From assembly GCA_046570105.1 (NCBI GenBank), contig JBKHVI010000024.1, positions 1 to 38,804 on the forward strand: 38,804 nt of DNA, given 5' to 3'. The stretch comes from Bacteriovoracia bacterium (lineage in GTDB: Bacteria; Bdellovibrionota; Bacteriovoracia; Bacteriovoracales; Bacteriovoracaceae). Below, in pieces: positions 9,256 to 18,471 of the stretch. Position 1 is the stretch's first letter, and the number at the start of each line of letters is the position of its first letter. Below the pieces are notes generated by a model, which saw nothing but the letters and a program-made list of their open reading frames with translations, was not told the origin of the DNA and ran no database searches. A program made the position numbers and the translations under genes.

Positions 9256-9816
9256 ATGGATATAGTGAAAAACAGACTCGGTGTAGAAAAAAAGTTCTGG
9301 GAACTTTGCTTAAGCGTGGTGCAAGAGCAAGGTTTAGCACTTTATGATTTGGAATTTTTGCCAGGTCAAAAATTGTTGCGTCTCTACATCATGAATCCTA
9401 CGACGAAGAGTGCTGTCATTGAAGACTGTATAAAAGTAGACCACGCCCTGACTCCTTTTTTTGAAACCGAAGAATGGATGCCAGCGGAAGTCACGCTTGA
9501 AGTCGGTTCTCCTGGTGTTTACCGTCATGTTTCATCTCTTGCTCATTTTCAAATGGGTGTAGGGGAAACACACGCAGTCACTATTATGGGTAATTTGGAT
9601 GCTGAATTGAATCCAGGTGCTCCTAAGAAGATTCTTGCCGCGAAAAAATTTCGTGGAAAGCTGACTGAAGTTCGCCCAGAAGCAGTTAAGCTTTCGACCT
9701 CAGACGGTGAAGTCGTGATCGCCCTGGCTTCGATTAAAAATGCACAAATTGATCCAGATTTTAATGAATTAATGAATAAAGCAGAAACTCAAATGACCTC
9801 TCAAGAGGTTGAATAA
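9256..9816 (+). CDS. rimP: Ribosome maturation factor RimP
   Basis: LRLYI, IEDC, TLEVGSPG motifs; immediately upstream of nusA. Confidence 0.93.
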   Translation: MDIVKNRLGVEKKFWELCLSVVQEQGLALYDLEFLPGQKLLRLYIMNPTTKSAVIEDCIKVDHALTPFFETEEWMPAEVTLEVGSPGVYRHVSSLAHFQMGVGETHAVTIMGNLDAELNPGAPKKILAAKKFRGKLTEVRPEAVKLSTSDGEVVIALASIKNAQIDPDFNELMNKAETQMTSQEVE

Positions 9817-9832
9817 ATAAAGGAGCACGCAA

Positions 9833-11248
9833 GTGAACTTCTCTGATCTCGGACGCGTAATTGAACAGCTCGGCAAAGACCGTGGCATCAAAAAAGACAT
9901 CATCATTGGCGCTATTGAACAGGCGTTTTTGGTTACTGCTCGTAAGAAATTCGGCATTCAAGGTGAATACGAAGCTCGCTACAACGAAGGTGATGGCGAA
10001 GTCGAAATTTATCAATACAAAAACGTCGTTGAGAAAGTTCGCGATGGCATCGTAGAAATCGATCAAACTGAAGCTAAGAAACTCGATGAAGAGTGTGAAC
10101 TCGGTGACCAGTTGGGTATCAAAATTGATAATCCAGGTTTCAGCCGTGTTGATATTCAAACCGCCAAACAAATTATTTTCCAAAAAGTTCGTGACGCTGA
10201 ACGCGACATCCTTTTTGCTGAATTCAAACACCGTGAAGGTGAACTCGTAACTGGTATTGCTCGTCGCTTTGAAAAAGGTAACGTCGTCGTTGACCTTGGT
10301 AAAGCTGACGCGATTCTTCCGAAAAAAGAAATCATCTTTGGTGAAGCTTTCAAACCAGGTGACCGTATCCAGGCCTACCTCTCAGAAGTGGTGATGACTT
10401 CTCGTGGACCAGAAATCCGCTTGAGCCGTACTTCTCCGATGTTCCTCGTAAAAGTATTTGAAAACGAAGTACCAGAGATTCTTGATGGTACGATCGAAAT
10501 TAAAGCGGCTGCTCGTGAGCCAGGTTACCGCGCGAAGGTTGCCGTTTGGACAGCTGATCGTGATATCGATCCAGTCGGTGCCTGTGTGGGTATGAAAGGT
10601 TCACGCGTTCAAAACGTGGTGAATGAGCTTCAAGGTGAGAAAATTGATATCGTGCGCTTCAATGAAGACACGGAAACATTTGCTCGTGAGTCTTTGCGCC
10701 CAGCTGAAATTCAATCCATCATGATGAATCACGCGGATCATACTCTCGATGTTATCGTTGAAGACGATCAATTGAGCCTTGCGATTGGTCGCCGTGGTCA
10801 AAACGTTCGTTTGGCCGCCATGTTGACTGGTTGGAAAATTAACATCATCTCGAAAACGAAACTCCAAGAGCGCGTTAAGCTTGCGGTTGAAAACCTTATG
10901 CAGCTTGCGGGTCTCAATGAACCAACTGCTCAAGTGTTGGTACAAAACGGCATCATGAGCATCGTTGATCTTTCAGCGGCAGAGCCAGACTTGGTCGCTC
11001 GTATCTCAGGCAAGCCAGTGGCCGATGCCAAAGTACTTGTGAAACAAGCGGTTGATGCTCTCGAGAATCCAGATATTAAAAATGATATTGAAATGGAAGG
11101 CGAGATTATCTCGGCTTCAGCTGTTCCTCAGCAGAACTCTCTTGTTAAACGTGACCGTGCCAATACTCCGGCCGGTGCATCTGGTGACAAGTTCAGTGAA
11201 GCAGAGAGACGTCTACGTGAGGAGCTCGCGGCATTTAAGTTGAAATAA
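9833..11248 (+). CDS. nusA: Transcription termination/antitermination factor NusA
   Basis: S1 and KH domains; AREPGYRAKVAV, DPVGACVGMKGSRV, LSLAIGRRGQNVRLA. GTG start with AAGGAG SD. Confidence 0.98.
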   Translation: MNFSDLGRVIEQLGKDRGIKKDIIIGAIEQAFLVTARKKFGIQGEYEARYNEGDGEVEIYQYKNVVEKVRDGIVEIDQTEAKKLDEECELGDQLGIKIDNPGFSRVDIQTAKQIIFQKVRDAERDILFAEFKHREGELVTGIARRFEKGNVVVDLGKADAILPKKEIIFGEAFKPGDRIQAYLSEVVMTSRGPEIRLSRTSPMFLVKVFENEVPEILDGTIEIKAAAREPGYRAKVAVWTADRDIDPVGACVGMKGSRVQNVVNELQGEKIDIVRFNEDTETFARESLRPAEIQSIMMNHADHTLDVIVEDDQLSLAIGRRGQNVRLAAMLTGWKINIISKTKLQERVKLAVENLMQLAGLNEPTAQVLVQNGIMSIVDLSAAEPDLVARISGKPVADAKVLVKQAVDALENPDIKNDIEMEGEIISASAVPQQNSLVKRDRANTPAGASGDKFSEAERRLREELAAFKLK

Positions 11249-11301
11249 TCGGCAAGTGGGTTAGTTAAGAAGAATGATCGATTAGTTGGAGACAGAACAG
11301 C

Positions 11302-13974
11302 ATGGCGAAAAAGGTATATGAACTAGCGAGCGAACTCGGCATCGGGGCGATCGACCTAGTCGAAAAACTTAAGACTTTGGGAATGAACGTGCGTAACCAC
11401 ATGGTGGCACTCTCAGACGACGAAGTCGCGAAAGCAGTTGCTGCTTTTGATACTTCGAAACAATCCGCTGCACCGGTTAAGAAAACGGTCGTTAAGAAAG
11501 TTGTTAAGAAGAGTGCCGCGGCAGCCGCCGCCGCCGAGCCTGCACCTGAGCCAGTGGAAGCGGCTCCCGTTGCACCGGTAGCTACTCCAGAGCCAGTTGA
11601 AGCAGCTCCAGTTGCTCAGACCCCAGTGGTCGAAGCAGCTCCAGTTGACGCTACTGAGGCTGATGAAGATGGCAAACCACGTGGCTTAACGGTTAAGCGT
11701 AAAACGAAACAGCAAAAAGAAGACGAGAAGAAAGCTGAAGCAGAAGCCAAAGAAGCCGCCGCTCACGCAGCAGCGATTGCAGCAGCTGAAGCTGAAATCC
11801 GTCGTGAAGAGGCTGCCACTGGTGTGGTTAAGCCGAATCAGAAAAAAGAGTATCTTGAAGAAAAGATGCACTCTTTCACACCGATCTTTGTGCCTGAGAA
11901 AAAAGAAGCTGGATCAACAGCTGCCACTCGTCAGCAAAGCTTGGCACCTGCTGCCATAGGCACTGAAGAGGAAGAGGACGAAAAGTCGAAGAAACGCATG
12001 GGCGATCTTGCCGCCATGGTTTCTAAGAAAGGTGCTGCTAAGACCAAAGACCTTACCATGATGCGTGCCGATGAAGAGTTGAAGTTCGCTTCAGCTTTGG
12101 TTGGTCGAACCATCTATACTCCAGCCAAACGGAAAAAAGTGTTTTCAGGTCCAACGCAAAATACTCTTATAACTCAAGTGAAAGACTCTAAGCGCTTTAT
12201 TACCATGCACGGAGTTTGTACCGCCGAAGATTTGGCGCAAAAACTCTCAATTCGTTTCGAAGCCTTGGCCAACAAAGTTCTTGAGATCAATTTGCTCGTA
12301 AAGCCTGATGATTATATCGGCGTGAAACTGGCAGAAGAAATTGCGGCTCTTTGGCACTACCGTGTTGAAGATGTTGCCTTCAATGAAGACAAAGTCATTG
12401 GTAAGGTCGCGGTTGAGGACAAATCTCATCTGCCACTTCGCAGTCCAGTGATTACGATCATGGGTCACGTTGACCACGGTAAAACGTCACTATTGGATTA
12501 TATCCGTAAAGCAAAAGTCGCTTCAGGTGAAGCCGGCGGTATCACTCAGCATATCGGCGCTTACCAAGTGAAAGTCAAAGAAGGTGTTTTGACCTTCCTC
12601 GATACTCCAGGTCACGCGGCTTTCGCAAATATGCGTCAGCGTGGTGCTGATGTAACTGATATTGTCGTTCTTGTGGTTGCTGCTGATGACGGTGTTATGC
12701 CTCAGACAGTGGAATCAATTAAGTTCTGCCAAAACGCTAAGAAACCAATGATCGTTGCGATTAACAAAATGGATAAGCCAGGCGCGAATCCAGACAAAGT
12801 GAAGCAAGGATTAATGGAATTCGGTCTCACTCCTGAAGAGTGGGGTGGTGAGACAATCTATGTTCCAGTTTCAGCACTTAAAGGTGACGGCATCGACACA
12901 TTACTCGAAAACATCCAACTTCAAGCTGAAGTGATGGAGCTCAGAGAAGATAGCAAAGGCCCAGCCGAAGGAATTGTGATCGAATCAAAAATTGAAACAG
13001 GTCGCGGACCGGTTGCAACTGTCTTGATTCAAAAAGGAACGCTCAACAAGGGTGATTCAATTGTAGTTGGTGAGACCTCTGGTCGCGCCCGCTCTTTGAT
13101 GGATTTCCAAGGTAAGATGCTTGATGCTGCTGGCCCTTCAACGCCGATCCAGGTTTTGGGTCTCGATGAAGTTCCTATTCCGGGCGATATCGTTAACGTC
13201 GTGAAGAACGAACGTGAAGCGAAGAAGATCTCTGAAAACCGTATCAACGAGCGCAAGCTCTTGGCGGGTACGAAAGAAGTTAAGAAAGCTTCCTTGGAAG
13301 ACTTCTTTGCGGAAGCCTCAAATAACTCTGAAGCTGAGAAGAAAGTTCTTAACCTTATCGTTCGTACCGATGTTCAAGGTAGCTACGAAGCCATCAAAAA
13401 CGCTGTTGAGCGCCTAGGTAATACTGAAGTCTCAGTTCAAGTGATTGGCGGTGGTGTCGGTGCAATTACAGATAATGATGTATTAATGGCATCGTCGATT
13501 AAGGGCTACATCGTTGGCTTTAATATGCGCCCAGTAACAACAGCACGTCGTATTGCTGAAGAGAAAGGTGTTGATATCAAGACCTACTCAATCATTTACG
13601 AAGTGATTAACGACATTACTTTGGCGCTTGAAGGGATGCTCACGCCTGAGAAGATCGAAGTTTACATCGGACGTGCTCAAGTCCGTGATACTTTCAATAT
13701 TCCTAAAATCGGCGTAGTCGCTGGTGCGGGTGTGATTGACGGTAAGATCGAACGTGGTTGCAGCATTCGTTTGTTGCGTGACGGGAAGATCGTTTACGAC
13801 GGCAAGCTTTCAACACTGAAGCGCTTCAAAGACGAAGTGAAAGAAGTGAAGAACGGTTTCGAATGTGGTTTGGGACTTGAGAACTTCAATGACGTGCGCG
13901 TGGATGATGTGGTGGAAGCTTACATCATGGAAACTCGTCGCCGTACTCTTGAAGCTACCCAAGCGACACTTTAA
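11302..13974 (+). CDS. infB: Translation initiation factor IF-2
   Basis: MGHVDHGKTSLLD, GGITQHIGAY, DTPGH, NKMD, GFECG motifs. Confidence 0.99.
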   Translation: MAKKVYELASELGIGAIDLVEKLKTLGMNVRNHMVALSDDEVAKAVAAFDTSKQSAAPVKKTVVKKVVKKSAAAAAAAEPAPEPVEAAPVAPVATPEPVEAAPVAQTPVVEAAPVDATEADEDGKPRGLTVKRKTKQQKEDEKKAEAEAKEAAAHAAAIAAAEAEIRREEAATGVVKPNQKKEYLEEKMHSFTPIFVPEKKEAGSTAATRQQSLAPAAIGTEEEEDEKSKKRMGDLAAMVSKKGAAKTKDLTMMRADEELKFASALVGRTIYTPAKRKKVFSGPTQNTLITQVKDSKRFITMHGVCTAEDLAQKLSIRFEALANKVLEINLLVKPDDYIGVKLAEEIAALWHYRVEDVAFNEDKVIGKVAVEDKSHLPLRSPVITIMGHVDHGKTSLLDYIRKAKVASGEAGGITQHIGAYQVKVKEGVLTFLDTPGHAAFANMRQRGADVTDIVVLVVAADDGVMPQTVESIKFCQNAKKPMIVAINKMDKPGANPDKVKQGLMEFGLTPEEWGGETIYVPVSALKGDGIDTLLENIQLQAEVMELREDSKGPAEGIVIESKIETGRGPVATVLIQKGTLNKGDSIVVGETSGRARSLMDFQGKMLDAAGPSTPIQVLGLDEVPIPGDIVNVVKNEREAKKISENRINERKLLAGTKEVKKASLEDFFAEASNNSEAEKKVLNLIVRTDVQGSYEAIKNAVERLGNTEVSVQVIGGGVGAITDNDVLMASSIKGYIVGFNMRPVTTARRIAEEKGVDIKTYSIIYEVINDITLALEGMLTPEKIEVYIGRAQVRDTFNIPKIGVVAGAGVIDGKIERGCSIRLLRDGKIVYDGKLSTLKRFKDEVKEVKNGFECGLGLENFNDVRVDDVVEAYIMETRRRTLEATQATL
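11545..11649 (+). repeat. Imperfect coding tandem repeat (PEPVEAAPVA-like x3) in the IF-2 N-terminal linker
   Basis: Three similar copies of ccagt(g/t)-gaagc(a/g)gctcc(a/c)gttg. Confidence 0.7.
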
Positions 13975-13982
13975 GGAAATTT

Positions 13983-14348
13983 ATGGCAGGACGTGGTAAT
14001 CCCCATTCAAAGTTGAAGTACGAGGAGTTGGTCAAGAACGCGATCAACTCTTCGCTTCGCCGTGATATGGCGGATCCACGCCTGACTTTTGTAACGATTA
14101 CTAAAGTCGAACTTTCAGAAGACTACGCCAATGCCAAAGTTTGGTGGGATACATTTGATTCAGGTAAGCGTGGTGAAATCTCTGAAGCCATTACTGCAGT
14201 GAAGGGACGACTCCGGACTGTGCTCGCTTCTCGTCTTGATGTTCGTCATGTTCCAGAATTACATTTTGTGTATGACTCGCAGTACGAAGACGAGCAACGC
14301 ATCGATAAGATTCTGAAAGGCGCCCGTGATGGCGGCGACTCGGAATAA
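13983..14348 (+). CDS. rbfA: Ribosome-binding factor A
   Basis: DPRL..VTITKVELS.D, RHVPELHFVYD motifs; follows infB. Confidence 0.96.
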   Translation: MAGRGNPHSKLKYEELVKNAINSSLRRDMADPRLTFVTITKVELSEDYANAKVWWDTFDSGKRGEISEAITAVKGRLRTVLASRLDVRHVPELHFVYDSQYEDEQRIDKILKGARDGGDSE

Positions 14349-15285
14349 TTCCTATCCTCCTCTGATTTTTAATGTTTTTAAACCTGCTCGCATGGGCTCG
14401 CTCGATGTCGTCCGGCATTTCAAGCGTGAACTTCCTGGTGACTACGGAAAAATTGGTCACTTCGGCACGCTCGATCCCTTTGCTTGCGGCATGCTTCTGA
14501 TTGGTGTCTCCGGTGCGGCCCGCTTGAATGAATTTATTCATGCCGAACTTCCGAAAACTTATTTGGCGATCGGAAAACTAGGAATCGAAACGGATACCGG
14601 AGATTGGGAAGGGACGATCAAGCAGCGCGATGACTCACATTATAATCGTGATGTGATCGGCAGCTTTTCCAAAGAATTTATACAAGAGCGCATCGAGCGC
14701 TTTCATGGCGACTACTGGCAAACACCGCCTATTTATTCAGCAACGAAATTTCAAGGTAAAGCTCTTCATGTGTGGGCACGCGAAGGTGTAGAGATCAAAA
14801 AAGAACCGGTGAAGCGACATATCCATCATCTGGAAGTGGTGCATTTTAAATTTCCTTATCTCTCCATTAGAACTCGTGTGAGTTCTGGTACGTACGTGCG
14901 CACTTTGTTTCAAGATATAGCAAAAGAGCTGGGCACTATAGGTAGTCTGATTGGACTCAAGCGTGAATCCTTAGGCCATCTCACGACAGAGTATTCAATT
15001 AAAAAAAATCGATGGCCCAAAAAAAGTGATGATGTGAGCGATGTTTGGTCTAAGGGCATGAAGCCTGAAGATGTTTTGTTATTTCCCCGCATTGAGCTTC
15101 CGCCTGAGCGCGAGAAGGCTTTTATGAATGGTCTTTCAACCAGACTAAGCGCTCCCACTGAATCGACTCATGCTTGGATGATGGGGCCAGATCAGACGAA
15201 TTGGGGATTAGTTGAACAACGTAACGGTGAGTGGAAAACGCTGATTAACTTCCGTGGACGGCTTGCAACTCAGCATGACCTTTAA
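14329..15285 (+). CDS. truB: tRNA pseudouridine(55) synthase TruB
   Basis: GHFGTLDPFACG, KTY, TDTGD, PPIYSA, SSGTYVRTL motifs; follows rbfA. Confidence 0.95.
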   Translation: MAATRNNSYPPLIFNVFKPARMGSLDVVRHFKRELPGDYGKIGHFGTLDPFACGMLLIGVSGAARLNEFIHAELPKTYLAIGKLGIETDTGDWEGTIKQRDDSHYNRDVIGSFSKEFIQERIERFHGDYWQTPPIYSATKFQGKALHVWAREGVEIKKEPVKRHIHHLEVVHFKFPYLSIRTRVSSGTYVRTLFQDIAKELGTIGSLIGLKRESLGHLTTEYSIKKNRWPKKSDDVSDVWSKGMKPEDVLLFPRIELPPEREKAFMNGLSTRLSAPTESTHAWMMGPDQTNWGLVEQRNGEWKTLINFRGRLATQHDL

Positions 15286-16012
15286 TCACTTCACCCCAAC
15301 AGGCACGGGCAAAAGTATTGGCATCAGGGTAATCTTTAGGAAAGAGCGCAGGTCTGGTGAGAATTGCAATTTTTTTTCCAGGATTAATCATGCCTGATTT
15401 TTCTAACACTCCTCGCGTTCCATAAATACTTACAGGCACAACTGGAACGCCTCCCTCAAAAGCCAAATGCATCAGAGTCACTTTAAGTTCTGAGAAAGGT
15501 TTTGGCTCATCAAGCAGTCTGTTGCGAGTACCTTCGGGGTAATACTGAAGAGCAAATTTCTCATTCACCAAACGATGCTTGGCCTGCACGAAAACTTTTT
15601 TTCGTGAGTCTCTCTTACGTCGACTAACTACCAAGGCTCCTGCGGCCCAACCCATCAGACCTAAGAGAGGAAGATAGAGCACTTCTTTTTTCATGATCGG
15701 TGGTATTTGAAATTGAGTCAGCGCTAGGGGGATATCCATAAAGCTTTGATGATTGGCGATGTAGAGCCCCGTTGGGGGGTAGGCGCGCAATTCAGTCTGG
15801 CGACGGTCCTCATAGTAGACCTTGGCCCAGCAGCCAAAATGGACCGTGTATAAACCAAAAAGCTTCCAGAATGGCCCCACGATTCGTAAGCGATTGGTGA
15901 TGCCAAAGGGGATGGCGAGCAAGGTCGCTGGGGTAACTAAAACAATAAATACAATTGGGATGGTGATAACCGCCCAAACTTGGTTCAAAATCTGTAAAAA
16001 ACGCTTCAACAT
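15245..16012 (-). CDS. plsC: 1-acyl-sn-glycerol-3-phosphate acyltransferase
   Basis: ANHQSFMD (HX4D) and YPEGTR motifs, VPVVPV, N-terminal TM segment. Overlaps the truB 3' end convergently. Confidence 0.9.
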   Translation of the reverse strand: MLKRFLQILNQVWAVITIPIVFIVLVTPATLLAIPFGITNRLRIVGPFWKLFGLYTVHFGCWAKVYYEDRRQTELRAYPPTGLYIANHQSFMDIPLALTQFQIPPIMKKEVLYLPLLGLMGWAAGALVVSRRKRDSRKKVFVQAKHRLVNEKFALQYYPEGTRNRLLDEPKPFSELKVTLMHLAFEGGVPVVPVSIYGTRGVLEKSGMINPGKKIAILTRPALFPKDYPDANTFARACWGEVIKGHAELQAVHGS

Positions 16013-16069
16013 GACGCCATATCCTACTTAGATTCGCGTTAATCGGCCAACAAAAGTCCGAGCAAAGCT

Positions 16070-16098
16070 TTCAATTTTCCGCAGACTTAGGCTATAAT
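16070..16098 (+). promoter_or_regulatory. Candidate sigma70 promoter
   Basis: TTCAAT-17 nt-TATAAT upstream of AGGAG and the GTG at 16126. Confidence 0.5.
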
Positions 16099-16125
16099 TA
16101 GGCTGTTCATCATCAGGAGTGAAAT

Positions 16126-16989
16126 GTGACATCAAGCCTTATCGCGATGGGTGTGGCGATCTTCGCCGTTGTTAATTTGGTTTTGGGCCATGCGGCCTTA
16201 AGTCTCTTGTTCGGCACCTTCGAAACTCTTTTTGGAAAACCAAAGCTCACAATTCTTCGCCCGTCTCGTGGTGGAAATATTTTTGCTTTTGGTTTTAAGT
16301 GGAATAGCGCCAAAGAGCCAGCTGCGATTGATACCATTCGCATTCGCTTGTTCAATCCGTTCGGCAGCCCAACGCAGGCCGAAGTTATGCAAAAAATTGA
16401 AGACAAGAAAACCAGCTTTGCGATTGAAGCTGATATGGGCCCAGGGCTGATTGCTCTTTTAGGTGCTCAAGGTCTTGAAAAAGCCATGGTGCAGATCGAG
16501 CTAAGTTCAACTCGTGATGGAGTGGCTTTTCAATTCGATATGCGCGGTCCGAAATTCAAAAAGCTCGTCATGGAATCTTCTGATTCAATGGATGGCTTTA
16601 TTAAGAAAAATAAGCTCGGTGCAGTTAAGGCCTCTAAGCCACCTATCGATGTGCCGATTAGAAGTTTTATCGCTGATACAGTTCCAGGTCGCGGCCCTCA
16701 ATTGAAGCTTGCCACGAATCCAGCGTTTGCTGGTGAATTCGCTGGTGCTGGCGGCGGTGCTGCTGCTCCTGCTGGTGAAGTGGTCGCAAACTTTGCTGTC
16801 TTAAAAGTTTGGATCGAGCCAGGTTGTATCGTGTGTAACGCTTGCGAAGATATTTACCCAGAAGTTTTCGATGTAACGGCCGATACCTGTTTGATTCGCC
16901 CCGGTGCTCCGCTCGACAATGGTCTCAAGATTCTCGAATCCGCCGAAGCGTGTCCGGTGGAAGTTATTAAATTTACCAGAGCCTCTTAA
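16126..16989 (+). CDS. Membrane-anchored protein with C-terminal single-cluster ferredoxin domain
   Basis: N-terminal hydrophobic helix, beta-rich middle, Gly/Ala linker, then CIVCNAC...ACP (Fer4_13/15-type). Confidence 0.85.
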   Translation: MTSSLIAMGVAIFAVVNLVLGHAALSLLFGTFETLFGKPKLTILRPSRGGNIFAFGFKWNSAKEPAAIDTIRIRLFNPFGSPTQAEVMQKIEDKKTSFAIEADMGPGLIALLGAQGLEKAMVQIELSSTRDGVAFQFDMRGPKFKKLVMESSDSMDGFIKKNKLGAVKASKPPIDVPIRSFIADTVPGRGPQLKLATNPAFAGEFAGAGGGAAAPAGEVVANFAVLKVWIEPGCIVCNACEDIYPEVFDVTADTCLIRPGAPLDNGLKILESAEACPVEVIKFTRAS

Positions 16990-16990
16990 T

Positions 16991-17020
16991 AAAAAAGCCA
17001 CCCTTTGGGTGGCTTTTTTT
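16991..17020. terminator. Bidirectional intrinsic terminator
   Basis: AAAAAAGCCACCC-TTT-GGGTGGCTTTTTTT between convergent genes. Confidence 0.92.
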
Positions 17021-17035
17021 ATGTCTTTTTTAAGC

Positions 17036-17193
17036 TTCTAATCTCACAAGTAAAGTCCGAAAAGAAATCTACTTTTAATAACGAGAGTTGTAGAGGACGC
17101 CTGAAATTAACTAGTGTTGATCTCATTCATCCTGGCACTTAATGTGATGTTTCTAAAAAACTATGCGCCAGGATGAGACTTGTGAGATTAGAA
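17036..17193. mobile_element. Putative MITE (or structured ncRNA) bounded by a perfect 16-bp inverted repeat
   Basis: TTCTAATCTCACAAGT (17036-17051) / ACTTGTGAGATTAGAA (17178-17193). Internal stems TCATCCTGGC/GCCAGGATGA and GTCC..TCTAC/GTAGA.GGAC. TA flanks reconstruct a CTAG empty site. Confidence 0.5.
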
Positions 17194-17198
17194 AAAAA

Positions 17199-17882
17199 CT
17201 AAATTTTCTTCGCGAGCAGCTCACTCTGCATAAAGTCTTTCAGGCCCTTCTCATTTTCCAGCCAAATTTCTTTGAAACCCTTGTCGTCTGATAATGGCGG
17301 ACATTCAAACGTTAAGACGCCTGCTTTGTATTTTTCAGGCACGAATGAGCCGAAAGAGCCGGGTGTCGGATAACCGATGTCCCCTGCGATAGGATACTGG
17401 TTATAAGTTGAGAGGAACTCCGCCACATCTTGGCAGTCACCATTATAATTTAAGATCGGCTTCCAAGTATGGAATGAAAGAATAAAGCCCGGTGGGTATT
17501 TATCTAACAGCTTCACTAGGAATTGATTTTCAGGTTCAGATAGCGCCTTAGGGCCTGGATTGTATTTTGGTTGGTCAGCGGTTGGAGACCAGTCTTTAGT
17601 TGGATAGTTGCGATTGAGATCAACCATGTGAGCATTCACGCGACTAGAGGCGCGGTAACCATCAACGTTGAGAATTGGCACAACCACGATGGGAAGATCT
17701 TTGAGGGAGTGCTCTTTTTTGAGCCAGTTGAATAATTCTTTTAAAACATGAATACCTTCCACTTCATCACCGTGAGTTCCTGCGATGAGATAGAGATATT
17801 TCTTCGCTTTGACGTCTGTCATATAAGCGGGAATAGGGTGGCCTTCAACAGAGCGGCCGGGTTCTAGTTCGGTAAAAATCAT
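17199..17882 (-). CDS. mpaA: Murein peptide amidase A (M14 zinc carboxypeptidase)
   Basis: GTHGDE, NVDG, DLNRNYP, SEPE, SFH, IGYPTPGSFG, TFE motifs; no signal peptide. Confidence 0.85.
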   Translation of the reverse strand: MIFTELEPGRSVEGHPIPAYMTDVKAKKYLYLIAGTHGDEVEGIHVLKELFNWLKKEHSLKDLPIVVVPILNVDGYRASSRVNAHMVDLNRNYPTKDWSPTADQPKYNPGPKALSEPENQFLVKLLDKYPPGFILSFHTWKPILNYNGDCQDVAEFLSTYNQYPIAGDIGYPTPGSFGSFVPEKYKAGVLTFECPPLSDDKGFKEIWLENEKGLKDFMQSELLAKKI

Positions 17883-18376
17883 AACTCTTCCTTGTGGACG
17901 AAAACCGCAGACTGACCTGGGGTTTCTTCCACCTCAACTTCAAGTGTCGCAAAGTAAAAACCGTGGCGCTCATGCACGATACGGCGAATTTCAGAACAAA
18001 GATAAACGGCAATCAATTCGGCACTGGTGTTAAGGATTGGTAGCAGTAACACGTCAGTACTAGGGATACTAAACATCGACTCATCAGGTGTGGTGATGAC
18101 GGTATTTTTTCCGGCGACATCGAGACGAATCTGAGGATGGTCTTTCGGAATGATGAGTTTATGGTCAAGAGAGTCACAAACTTCACGCACCACTGGTTTG
18201 ATATCCAGGAAATCAAAAACCATGTCACCTTTGAGTTCAGGTGTTTCACCCTTCACCATGACGCGATAATTGTGACCATGGAGCGGCTCACGTGAGCCAT
18301 TCTCAAAAATCATGAAGTGAGAGGCTGCAAAGTTAAAATATTGCTTATAAACTTTAATAGAAAATCTTGGCCCCAA
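17879..18376 (-). CDS. 6-pyruvoyl-tetrahydropterin synthase/QueD family protein with PTPS-III-type ExxHGH motif
   Basis: FAASHF, REPLHGHNY, DF, LDHK, TSAE, VEET motifs. TTG start; 4-bp overlap with mpaA. Confidence 0.88.
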   Translation of the reverse strand: MGPRFSIKVYKQYFNFAASHFMIFENGSREPLHGHNYRVMVKGETPELKGDMVFDFLDIKPVVREVCDSLDHKLIIPKDHPQIRLDVAGKNTVITTPDESMFSIPSTDVLLLPILNTSAELIAVYLCSEIRRIVHERHGFYFATLEVEVEETPGQSAVFVHKEEL

Positions 18377-18471
18377 AACACGCCCCTTGAATGGTTCTCA
18401 AGATACCTTAGGGAGTGGCCGTTGCCTAGAGGTGGCGTTGCGTTAATTAGGGGTTAAGTCAAAGGTTGCCC

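Noticed and set aside
11545..11649. Tandem repeat in infB as a CRISPR or contingency locus
   Set aside because: In-frame, degenerate Pro/Ala/Glu linker typical of IF-2 N-termini; no spacers or cas genes.
17036..17193. Retron msr-msd (a1/a2 repeat enclosing stem-loops) or hammerhead ribozyme
   Set aside because: No reverse transcriptase in the window, no unpaired branching G after the stem on either strand, and no CUGAnGA core.
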